A DNA stretch of 62,947 bases, the filler included. It is 11 parts of 11 records of this genome, joined end to end, with 100 filler letters (N's around TTAATTAATTAA, not from the genome) between each part and the next. Parts side by side here need not be neighbours in the genome. Positions count along the whole stretch, not along the records: positions 1 to 7,769 come from SRR7504441_3472; positions 7,870 to 17,144 come from SRR7504441_3475; 9 more parts are not named here. One strand, written 5' to 3'. The notes beneath the pieces are model-generated. The model ran no database searches, was not told where the DNA came from, and worked only from the letters and a program-made list of their open reading frames with translations. Numbering within the stretch: position 1 is the stretch's first letter; every line of letters begins with the position of its first letter. A program made the translations under genes and the position numbers. This document shows positions 1-11,300 of the stretch, in pieces.

Positions 1-14
1 TGTCCGGTGATCTG

Positions 15-321
15 ATGTCTTCGCCGCGGCCCGAGCAGGCCAAGCAGCAGGATCCTTTCGATGGCTACTCATGCAAGCGCGAGGAGGCCGACCGGATGAT
101 GCAGAAGGTGCATTGGCCCGGTCGGCGACGCTCAGACGGCGCTGCAGGATGCGTGCGCCGCCTTCTTCTACACACTGGAGAAGTGCCTCGACGACAATAA
201 ACGGGAGTTCCGCCATTGCCAAGCAGGTGCGTGCATCCGCTAGCTCTAGCACCTATCGGCTGAGCGAGCACGGCCAGAGGTGAGAGCGTTGAAAGAATGC
301 TACGCCAAGAGAAAGCCCTGA
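15..321 (+). CDS. Twin-CX9C (CHCH) mitochondrial intermembrane-space protein, COA4/CMC-like; 3 exons
   Basis: Removing GT-AG introns 108-147 and 227-277 gives MSSPRP...MMQK-DACAAFFYTLEKCLDDNKREFRHCQAEVRALKECYAKRKP*, which has two CX9C motifs. Confidence 0.75.
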
Positions 322-988
322 GCGCCCCGTAGCTGCGCCCGCAGCGCCGGTTACGTGTCCGTGTCCGGTAATAGGAGCAGCTCGTCCCCCGGACATATAC
401 TCTGAAAGGCAGCCAGATGCGGGGCTGCGCCCGCTGAATGCACGCAGCCACAAAGTCGGGACCCATTGGGCAGTTTAACCCTCGGGCTTCAGCCCAATCG
501 TGCAGTGCTCAATGCGCGTACTGCCGGACCTCCCATTACAGATTTAGAGGTGCGACAAGGCCGAAGCAACTCATCGGTGCACCGCTCAAAAGGTTGTGTA
601 TAATAGCTGTAGAGCGGCACTTGCTTGGGACCGACGCGAATTAATGTTCAATTACTCGGCCGCTCGGCCACATGTAGGTACGTAGGCTATTCACTGAATT
701 CATTTAAGATCCTAGATCGACTCGCGAGGTCGTGAATAGCGGGCTACATATAGACCTAGTACATTCAGCCTCCGGCATGTACATGATAGTGATGAATAGC
801 ACTCGCCGACTCGCCAACATACTCAAAACCTTTCAACGGCAAGCTTGCGTCCACCACCACCCTCGCGAATCGCAGTGCGGCACTCCGCACTGCACAGCCG
901 GCACTGGTGCTGGACCGCTTGAGCGCGCCCGGGATAGTGCCGCTCCTCCGGCCACTGGTGCTGGACGCCCCCAGCACCAGCTGCTAAG

Positions 989-1854
989 ATGGAGTGTGGG
1001 ACCTGGAACTGTTCTGAGTGCACCTACCAGAACTCCAGCGATGCCAAAATCTGTCAGATGTGCGACGCGCCTCGCAAGGCCGATATCTCCAACAAGTTCC
1101 CCTCGATGGCGGTGCCCCATGGCCACACCACCCTGTCCCTTTGCTGAGCAGCGCTGGGCCACAGGGAAACCTGCGAAAGCGCGGCGCCGGGTTCCTGGAT
1201 GGCTGGCAGGAGCGATACTTCGACCTGTACAACGGGAGACTCACGTACTATAAGGCGCGCCCAGCCCACCCTAGCCACTGGATGCCATCGGCTGTGTGCA
1301 GGTTGGCACGCAGAAGGAGTTCGGATTCGTCGACGTGCTCTCCGAATCGACCTGCCAGTGGATTGAAAACCTGGACTTCAGGATAACCAACTGCTTTATG
1401 AAGTCGCGAGGTGCCGCCCTAGCGCACTGCGCACTACTGTCGTCGGTGACTGCGCTCGCCAGGGGCTTACTCGAACATCCTGCTGAGAGCAGACAGCTGG
1501 ATGGATATGCAGACCTGGATCCGGGCAATCAACGGCTCCATCATCGCACGACAACGTGAGTCTCGCCAGATGCCGATGGGTCCCGTGACGGTGACATGGT
1601 GTGCGTGTGCAGAACCAATCCCTCAAAATCGTCAGCTCGACGAGAACGAGATTGCCAATGTTGTGGTGACATGCTTCAATGAGAACTCGAACAGCGATTT
1701 CGATGTGATCGAGAACAAGGTGTGAATCGTCCTACTGGCTGCCCGGTACTGACGGATGCCTGTGAAGATTGTGGCGATGATCGGCCAGTCTCTGGACGAC
1801 AAGGGGAAGGAGCGGCTGCGGCTGCTTACTGGTCTCGACCACACCTGTCTTTAA
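989..1854 (+). CDS. RanBP2/NZF zinc finger plus PH domain protein; multi-exon
   Basis: Exon 1 reads MECGTWNCSECTYQNSSDAKICQMCD (W-x-C-x2-C-x3-N-x6-C-x2-C). PH domain GNLRKRGAGFLDGWQERYFDL...LLRADSWMDMQTWIRAI follows. Five short introns, including GC-AG 1255-1301; TAA at 1852-1854. Confidence 0.8.
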
Positions 1855-2045
1855 TTGTGTTTGAATTGTTTGCTTTATTGCCATGGAATGATCGCTCGAC
1901 AGTAGGGCTGATATCTCGTGCTGAACAGATCTGAGATCGAAGCTGGCGGCCTCGTCGAACAGTCAAGCAACAATGTCCAATGCTGAACTGAGGATGGACC
2001 AGGACATACAAAGGGTAGAGATCGCAGCTGAGCCTCACACTGACC

Positions 2046-5000
2046 ATGGTCACGTGGCAGCTTGCGGCAGACATGGGGCGGGCCACCGCCTTAGATCGTC
2101 CCCGTACTTCTATGATGGATGTGTCTGAGAAACCAGGAGACGGAGGCCAGGCTGCGTTTCCAACCCAAGTTGCGCCTGAGCCCTCCTGGCAGGTCTCATT
2201 CCATCCCCAGGCATTGCATCTTACGGATGTGATGAGTCAAAAAGAAATTGAGGAGTCAGTAAATGAGATGAGCGACGAAGAGGTGCGTGCCGAGTTCAGC
2301 TGCGCCTTCTCATTGCTCTCTTTTTCAGGTGAACGAAATATTTTGTAAAGAGGGGAGTATTGAAAAGGAAGATGCAGAAAAAATCGAAATAGGCACCAAG
2401 CGGCGATACGTGTCGGCACTGAAGCGGCAATCTGAGATTGAAAGGATTAAAGCCCACTCACAAAAACTGCAGCAATGGGCTTCAACTGTCAAGAATGGTG
2501 GTATGGACAGCAAGCAAGTGGAAGACGCATGGAACTTCGTTGCGTGGGACGTTGGTGTGGTAGATGGGGTGCTGATGGACGTATCTACACAGCGTGCACT
2601 TCTAAGCAACCAGCTTGAGTCAGCAGCATCCAAATTGACACGATTTGCCGACCGCAAATCAAATAAAAAGGATCCCCTCAACCCTGAGCGGTTTCGCCTT
2701 CTTCTTAGTAAGCACAGCAAGTCTCCTGACGAGGAGCCGCTGACTGCAGAAGATCTGAATGACTTCGAATCAGCACTTGCAGAGTGGGATAGATCAGAGA
2801 TGGACACATTCTTAGATAATCAGGGATGGTCACTGGTTATTTCAGAGTTGAAATACCACGTAGAGAATACCATGGTCCAGCGTGATGATGGGCACTTCAT
2901 GGTACAGCCCGAGCACACCACTTTGCTTGGCTGTATTGAGAGAATGTTAGCTCAGTCTGCTCGATGCCTGGAGAACCTTGCAGCATTTGGTGGTGGTAAC
3001 GACAATGGTAACGATGCTGTCTACCTTGTGGCACGATCACATCCCGGAGGCACCAAGGCGACAGCCAAACAGGACCGCCATATTGCACTGGTGATGAAGA
3101 TTCTCTTCATTGTTGCATACGGTGATCAGAGTATGTCAACTGAAGACAAGGCAGTAGCTATTACGGGTCACCAGAATGCTGTTCAGGCTTGTCATAGACT
3201 CCGTGGGGTCTATGATGGTGTTCCCCTAGCTGAGGACCCAACCTTTGGCTTTCTAGATCGATGCTTGAAGAGCCATACACTCACTGATGACACCAAACTT
3301 TGGGTTGTCAGAGTCATTAATGCACTATTGAGCCCAGTTCTTGATGTCAAAGAGCGTGTCGAGCTGCGTAAGCAAATGGAGCAACTGGGAATGGTGGAGG
3401 AGACATTTGACAAGCTCCTTGAGGACTGCAATGCTGAGAGTGTGAACACCTTAACAATTATGCTGCAGCACTTCTATCATGTGTGGGAAACAGATCTTGT
3501 TGCTCTAGCAGAAACTGGGCAGAGTATGCCCAAGGATTCTGCTAAAGAGGCCTTAGCTGTATTCCGTGACCACGCAAACAAACAAGAGGAGGTTGAGCTC
3601 AATGAGCTGATGGCTCCTCGCGTCCGCATTCAATCCCTTCAGCTTGCATCTGAGTTGGCAACGCGCGTTCAGCAAGCCAGTGACGACAGCTTGACAACAC
3701 AGCTGCTTTCTCGTGAGGAGGAGGAACGTGATGCTAAAAATACAGTTTTGAAGCTTGAAACCAAATTAGCCGAAGAGCAGGCGATGAATTCCAAGTTGAA
3801 TAGGAAGCTCTTGGCCATGGAGAAGGCAATGAGAAAATATGAAGCTGACCTCGACGAGGCCAAGACTTTTGTTGCGGAGAATGTGTCAATCACTCAAGGA
3901 GTCAAGAGCCACGCGCTGAAGGGTCTTCAAGAAGAATATGATATAGAGAAAAAGCGAGCTGAGTCACAAGCTGACGAGCTCATCGATCTGAAGCGAGAGG
4001 TGTCTAAGCTTGAAGACCACGTGGGCAGACTCGAGAGTGAACACGCAGCATTCATGATGACTCAAGGTGCAACGCTCAATGACTGGTGTAGTGAATTCAT
4101 GCGAGTATTCAGCAAGCTGCGACCACACAAGCAAGAGGAGCCCGACAAAAAGGCTGCTCAAGCCGTTCGCATTCACGAAGTTGATGCTGACAGTCACTAT
4201 GGTCTCCGAACACTACTTGATGACTCAGAAGATGTGGCTTCGCCCACAAAGGCCAAGCCTACTCGAGAGTCGTCTCTTGAGCATGTTATGGGAAAAGGCC
4301 TTGCTGGGTGGACTGCAGAGCAGGCTGAGATAGTGAATCTCAACCAAGCAAGTCAGGATCCAAGATATGATCGCTACATTGATGGACTTGCACCAGATGG
4401 TGAAGCATGGGAGCATGTGCTGTGCATACCAATGTCCCGAAAGAGGACCCCTGACGATGATAAATCGCCAGTTAAAATGCTGGGAGTCCTACAGGTGCTA
4501 AGGTGCAAGGGCGATGACGCATTTACAGATTATGAAGTGAAAATGTTCTCAGATCTCATAGAATTTGCGGTTTCCTTACTCAGTGGTGAGCGTAAGACTG
4601 GTTTCTGGGAACTCTCTGCATTCGAGCACTGTCCGAACTGTGGTTGGGGGAGTCGTGAGCTCGGACCAGGGGTCATGGCACCTGCACTTGAGCTCTCACT
4701 TGATGCAGAATCTACCTTGCTCTGCAATCGTGCAACTGCTTTGAAAGAGGCTGCTGATAAGGAGGCAAGGGATAAGATCGAAGCTGCAGACGCAGAGAGG
4801 CTGTATCTGGTCAGAGCAGGAATCGATCTTGAAACCAAAAACCCGTGGCCGATGCTTGGAAGGATTGACAGATTGAGAGTCAGCATCACCAAAGGCATGA
4901 AATCTGGAATAAATCAGGAATCTGAACTGCGTCAAATCGAAGATGCTCGCAAGATTTTGGAGAGGAGATTGCGGGAAGAAGTTGCTGCTATTACTGGCGT

Positions 5001-7654
5001 TGGAGGAGGCAAAGGAGGCAAAGGAGGGAAGGGGAAAGGAGGTAAAGGGGGAAAAGGCGGTCCACCAGCAAGGGGAGGAGGTAAAGGGGGTCCTCCAGCA
5101 CGAGGTGGTCCTCCGGCACGAGGTGGTCCTCCAGCCAGAGGTGCGGAAGGCGATTCTGATGGCAAGGGTGGTAAAGGTGGTAAAGGTGGTAAAGGTGGCA
5201 AAGGTGGTAAAGGACCGCCAGTACGTGGGGCACCGGGTGCAAAGGGTGGTGGCGCTGATCCCAACTGTAGCATACTGCCTTTAGTGCCGTACTCAAATAC
5301 CGTGTGGCCAAAGGGGCATAAGATGAGAAACATCCCTGGGGGATGGGAACAGGCGGGTTCATTCAGGGTTGCAATGATCCCTGCGAAGACAGTTGGCTCT
5401 CTCTGGGAATTCAAGGCTCCTGAGGATGAAGAATATCTAGCAAAGGTGGTAAAAAAACTACAGCACCCAAGTATGTCAGACTGGATTGCAAAATTTGAGG
5501 TCTCTCAGGAAGATGAGCTCGTCATCTCAGATGACTCAGCTTTGACCTCGTTGAATATCTCTGCAGGATCTTTGAGGCCTTCATTCACTGCCAAGAAAAG
5601 CGGCTATAAAGCAGATGTCGTAGACACAGTGAAGTCATTTACAGTGAAGGCGCGTGCACGCCACGACCGTGCAAAAATCAAGCACGTCAACGACATCCCC
5701 TGTGGCTCAAACAAGCTATCACAAGAGCTCACACTAGAACTGGATGAGGACAGAACTATGATGATCACCGTCCTTGTTGAAGCACAGGATGGACAATCAA
5801 GCAGCCAATACACTGTGCTGATCACTGCGAAGGAAGCACAGACAGAATCATTACTCGACACTAACAGAACCGATCAGCTAGAGAAGAACCTGGTACGTTG
5901 GATGCAAAAGTACTCCGAACCGTGGAAAGTAAAGACAAATGACGAGCTCGTCAAGATGATCAGAGCCAAAGCACTGAGCATGGACCCAGATTTTACTGGC
6001 TCGTCTTATGAGCCCACTAGTCTCCGAGAGCTGCTGGTTCTTGCCGCGCTTCCAAAGACAAATAAGAGCACCATGACGGATGAAAACCAAATTCTCATTG
6101 ATGCTTATGGGGATGATTGGGATTTCACTTCTACAGATACCCCATGGCCTGCTCTGGCCGACAGAGTAATGCTGTGCATGCGCCAAATTCCTGACTTTGA
6201 AAAGCGGGTGGACACAATAGAGAAGCTCAATGAACTGCCAACTTTAGTAGGCAAGATCAAGACAGCAGCTGCAGCTGCTGACAATGTTGCCAAGGCTTTC
6301 GACATGGTACTTGCATGCCAGCCTCTGCGCACAATTCTGCATTCGACTCTGGCTTTAGGTAATTTCCTGAATTTCAAGGAGAAGCAAAACATCGTAGCTT
6401 ACGGAATTGGCTTCGTCTCACACCCAACTAAACAGAAGCCAGGTTTGCAAGTATTCACTGAAAATGACATAAAGCACCGGAAATGGGGCAACGCAGCGCT
6501 CTGCCCAAATGAGGGTGGCAAGTACCCCCCAGGGACAGCAGGAGGTATGCAAGCTATTCTCGAGGTCATGCTTGCAGTGTCTGAGAAAGAGTTCTCTTTG
6601 GATGCGCTTCAGGAGCTGCAGGAGCTTTTGAATGCGGTGCAGCTTCCCTTTTATAAATTTTGGTCTGATAAGTTCTGTGCAGGCAAGCTCAGTCAATATT
6701 TGGGAGATAGAAAAAATACTCGAAGAGTCCTTGGTGACGATTGAAGCACTTCGTGAGGGACCAGCCTCTGTCCGCAAGTGTAGTAAAGAGTTGCATATTG
6801 AGGATCGATTCCACGAATGGGTGGATGCAAAACTTGGTGCTCGAGTCGAGCAAGTGAATAGAGATGTTGTGTCCTCACAGCAGAGGCTGTATACCGGCTT
6901 TGTGAAAGTGGCAACTTTCTTGTGGGAAGAACCCCTCGATGCGATAACTCCATTAGAAGCCCCAGTCATGCATCTCGGGCAACGACTGCTCACGGATGCC
7001 AACAATTTTGTTTCATGTGCGTGCTCAACATTAACCTGGATGCAGAAACAACAGGCTCTCGAACACGGCCGTAAGCTCGCGGTCGGTGGTCGTGGGCAGC
7101 GGGGACGAGATGACTCATTGCGACCTAGCGACACCCTGGCTGCGGTATGTTGTTAGCCCTTTGTATCTGATTTAGTTTTTGTGCAGCGCGCTGGGCAGCA
7201 GATTTCTCGAGCAAAATCTTCCATCCATCCCTCTGAGAGCAAGCTAGAATCAATGGCAGATGTCGTCAAAGCGTCTGTCACTGCCAACAAAACAATCAAA
7301 GCTGTGGCTGATGGTGGGCAAGGATTGACAGAAGAATCAATCCAACAAATCAATAGAGTGGCAATGCCAAGAGCAACCCAAGATAAGCACACTTTGCGCC
7401 ACGGCTGGGGTTTGGTCCGAAAGTCGCTTAGAACGAAGGTCTTTTTCGACAAGGTTGGGCGGCCAGCCGACAGCGCTGTTGCTTTGGGAGCCGATCTTGA
7501 AAAAATCGAGCAGGACCAGTCAGCTAATGACTTGCTAGACAAGGTGATGACGGCGGGAAGAGAACACCCGCCGACGACTCAAGCAAACGGGGATCCCCTC
7601 ATGGCGAATGTGGATATGATTCGAGACTTGAAAAGGCTCGAAGAAGAACAATAG
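2046..7654 (+). CDS. Formin-like protein: helical N-terminal region, coiled coil, GAF, Gly/Lys/Pro tract, FH2 with inserted cadherin-like beta-sandwich
   Basis: FH2 signature LRTILHSTLALGNFLN...AYGIGF; GAF-like GLAGWTAEQAEIVNL...DPRYD...VLCIPM...LGVLQV. ORFs 2046, 2287, 6632 and 7181 are joined by GT-AG introns (e.g. 7145-7186). The start could be 2112. Confidence 0.75.
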
Positions 7655-7769
7655 TTTGTATAGAATGAATGAACTGCTCGAACATATTTTGTGTAGTATA
7701 CACTTGTGTAAAATCTGTGCGATTCAACTCAACTACTCGCACAAGTTTACGTCAGTAGTACTCGTACGT

Positions 7770-7869
7770 NNNNNNNNNNNNNNNNNNNNNNNNNNNNNNN
7801 NNNNNNNNNNNNNTTAATTAATTAANNNNNNNNNNNNNNNNNNNNNNNNNNNNNNNNNNNNNNNNNNNN
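7770..7869. other. Artificial contig-joining linker (N44-TTAATTAATTAA-N44)
   Basis: The same 100-nt spacer, with stops in all six frames, recurs at 17145, 25432, 32489, 36896, 43513, 47075, 52975, 56305 and 59845. Confidence 0.98.
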
Positions 7870-8157
7870 CCCGTTCACCAATCAGTCAGTGGCAGCCAGC
7901 TGGGTAGTCATCACCATGATTATTGGCTCTTCATTCGCTACCGTGTTGTGCACGATTGCCAGTAGCCCGCCTGCCAGCCCTGCCTGCTGCACATGATACA
8001 TCTTGGTCACAAATGTGCAACCGCCCCGCTCCACGATCACGCCCTTGCCAAGCCACTCGCCGCCACTCAACAGCGACTGGCATGCATTGGCTGGCTCAGC
8101 AACTGCAATGTAGCATTCAACTTTCCTAAGAACTCCGGTATACTGCGACCCGAGCAT
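7870..8157 (-). CDS. PA (protease-associated) domain protein, 3' truncated by the contig end
   Basis: AEPANACQSL...VIVERGGCTFVTKMYHVQQAG...AIVHN is a typical PA motif. The true start is uncertain. Confidence 0.7.
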
Positions 8158-8370
8158 ACAGGACGAACTATTAAAAAGTACTTTAGTACGAGTAGTACTC
8201 CCGTACTACGCGTGGTGATCAATCTCAAGTCAAATTCCCACCTACGACGAAGGATCGGCAAAGAAGCACCGTCGCCATATTTATAGCGATACGTACGATA
8301 AGCCTCGAACAAACATGGAATCAATCCCTCTCGAGCGTCAGACACATGATTGGCTTTATCGTGTGAAACA

Positions 8371-11300
8371 TCAAGTCAATTCGTCACTAAAGGTGCTCTC
8401 GCTACGAGCTATCGATTCACCAACGGAAGCCATGAAATCACCACCTGGATTCTCTTCATGGATGTCTTCCTCATCGTCATAGAGCCGTTGAGTCGATTCC
8501 TGGAACACCTGTAGCGTCTGTTGCGCCGAGTTTGCTCGTCGCAACTCTGCCTCTAGGTCCTTCTTGGTCTTCGCTTCTTGGACGTTTTGCTCCTTCTCAT
8601 CAAGATACTCTTCAAGCCATACCTGCATCCAAACCCAATCGTCCTGGTGCTCCGTCATCCACCTAACAAGCATAACTCAATACACTCGCACCACAATCAC
8701 AGCGTGACCTGTCCAAAACGGTACTACTGGCAACCATTTTGGTAAGCCACTTGATGCTGACATATGTACAGCGCTTGTAACGGTCTTTGAAGTCGTAGGT
8801 GTATCGCAGGAACCCCTCCTCTCCTGCCAACATCCGTTCTAGTCTATCTGGTTGCAGTTCATCATCTATACAGAGCAGAGCTCCCATTGCATCCAGGAAC
8901 GGCATGATTTTGTTATAGTTGGAAACAGCAATGCCATCTATCAAGATGCCCATGACGAAATTACTGAACGCCGGGTTACGCTGGCAAAGCTGTGCAAGCA
9001 TTCCTGGGACTGGACCCCCTGATCTGCAGCCGTAGCCATGGTTCAGGCAGTGCTCCCACAGCTTCTGGGCACAGAGCATCTTCCAGTCACTCTCTGTGTA
9101 CTGGCCCCGGACATGTGATACCAGATAGTTCATTGTTGTCAACAGAGGCTCAAAGTCTGGCTGTTCATACCCCCCCATCTTCACATTTGAGTGTCTGCGA
9201 ACACGCTGCACAATCGAATCATTGCCAAGCAGAAAGTCTCCTAATTGAAAGATGGCAGCCTGACTATTCATCCAGGCTGTGTTGTCTGCTGAGAGCCGAC
9301 AAAATTGGTAGAAAATGATGAAGTATTGTGTGAAGTTCTTCCAGTACTTACGAGCGTCATCCATCATGTGCAGCAAGCACAGAATAAAGCGCTGTCCAAG
9401 GGACATAGGCACCAAGGGCAGCTCTGGATCCACTCTTTCCTCTCCGTTTGGCTCTGGCTCTTCACAGATTTCCTGTGCTGCCTCCTGGTTAAGTACATGT
9501 AGTAACAGCGTTGCAACTTGAGCCCTCACCTGGCTGTTAGGGCATTCGAATAAGAGCATTGCAACCATAGACGTGTCTTCAATCAAGGTCTTCAGCAGCC
9601 ACTGGCAAGCTATTGGACACAAAATAAACAGCTCCTTGAGTTCAAGGAACATCAAGTTCAGTGTCGGCATTTCCTTGGCGTGACTGAGAGTCTCAAAAGA
9701 AAACTTGGTGAACATCTGGATAGCCTGCAGTTGCTGCTCGCAAGTTTTTTCTGCTGGCCACTCCAAAGGTGTTTGCTGAAATAATAATTGCTTCACCTGC
9801 CTTGCCAACTCGACCATGAAGCCAAAGTACTGTGTGTCAAACATGTGGCAATCATTCAGGAAGGAGACGTTGTCTAGCAAGACCCTCTGATAGATATCTA
9901 CAGGAGGCAACCTCGCCTCTGGCTCGCGCCTTTCTTGCAGGGCTACCTGCTCATACACCAGCAAGTAAGCGTTGTTTGTCCTTGTAGATTTGCGTGTCAC
10001 ATATTTCTTTTGATACTGATCGTAAACAGTGTGAGTATAATCACCACCAAAAGCCAATTGGGGAAGATTTGCGATGTTGATCTTAGTGACAGACGAATCG
10101 TCGTAGTCCCACCATGTCTCTCTGTCCGTGCGGTCGCAGATATAGGAGTAGTAGTGTCCCATCTCCGCTGTTCCAGAGTGGATCAGCACCCCCTTCAGCC
10201 TGTAGGGGGCAGCAGGAATTGGCTGGCCAGCACTGTCAGGATCTTCCGCGACAGCAAGGCCAGCCTTGGTGTAAGGGCCCATGTCCAGATCCATTGGAAA
10301 TTCAAAGTAATCATTCAGCTTGACCCGTTCGCCAACATTGAAATTCCATTCAAACCTGTTGAGCATGATCAACATCGTAGGGGGCAGAGCCTCAAACACA
10401 GTCCTTTTGCGGACTGTGATGCGTTCCTCTTGACCATCCACCTCGAAATTCTTCAGCTCCTCAGATTCAATCATTTTGGCAAGTGCCTCCTCTAGACTAG
10501 GAGTGTGCTTGACAGCCACATTCACGAGAAAGAAATCCTCCAGTCTCTCGCTCTTGTAGTTGGAACCGCCCGTGCCAAACGTCTGGTTTGCGAATTTGCC
10601 CTGCAGCACCTGATTAACAAGATCTTTGTGCTTCGTATCTTTCAGAGCTGCTTCAAGATTGTTCATCAGGAGGCCAAAGAACTCACTCATGTCCTGCTGG
10701 ATGCGAACATCGACAGGTTGCCCATCCCAATCCATTACTGCTTGGCAGAAATTGACTGGATTGTATGCCTTTCGGTGTGAGAGCTGCAGAGATCCGATCA
10801 TGAGCTGGAGCTGATAGAGGAATGACGCCTCCTTGCCATCTTCGTTGGGCAACTCCACTGTAAGCATATTGCCACTAAATGTTGGAACCATCCGCAACTG
10901 CTGCATCATGGAATTTAGGTAGCATATGTTGCCAAGATTCTTGAGCCCAATTCTGCCAGCAGAGGCACAGACCACCTCTGATGGATTGTAGTTCCAGTGA
11001 GCAGCAACTTGAGTGCTGTTAACCAGATCCCACAATGCAGTAAGCAAAACATGAAGAGTATCCCACTCAGTATCACACAGTGCAACCAGCAGTCTGAAGG
11101 CGGCGTCCCTTGCAGCAGGAGTCTTGCACCGTGGCGGATCCAGTGTGTCGTGGATCGGTCCTTCCTTGCAGCGTGAGACATCTACTCCAGGTGTTTGGAA
11201 CAGATCCTTCAAGAGCAGCGGAACTAGCTCAGGCCCAACAGAGTGGCGAAGTTCACTCTGCAACATCACCAATGCTTGTACAACTCGTAGTAGTCCAACG

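Noticed and set aside
956-980. Hairpin ctggtgctgg-N5-ccagcaccag before the NZF-PH start, resembling a terminator
   Set aside because: Single short stem with no U-tract, in a eukaryotic 5' region; no function can be supported.
4932-5414. Minus-strand polyproline ORF that looks like an FH1 domain
   Set aside because: Antisense mirror of the Gly-rich codons of the plus-strand formin.
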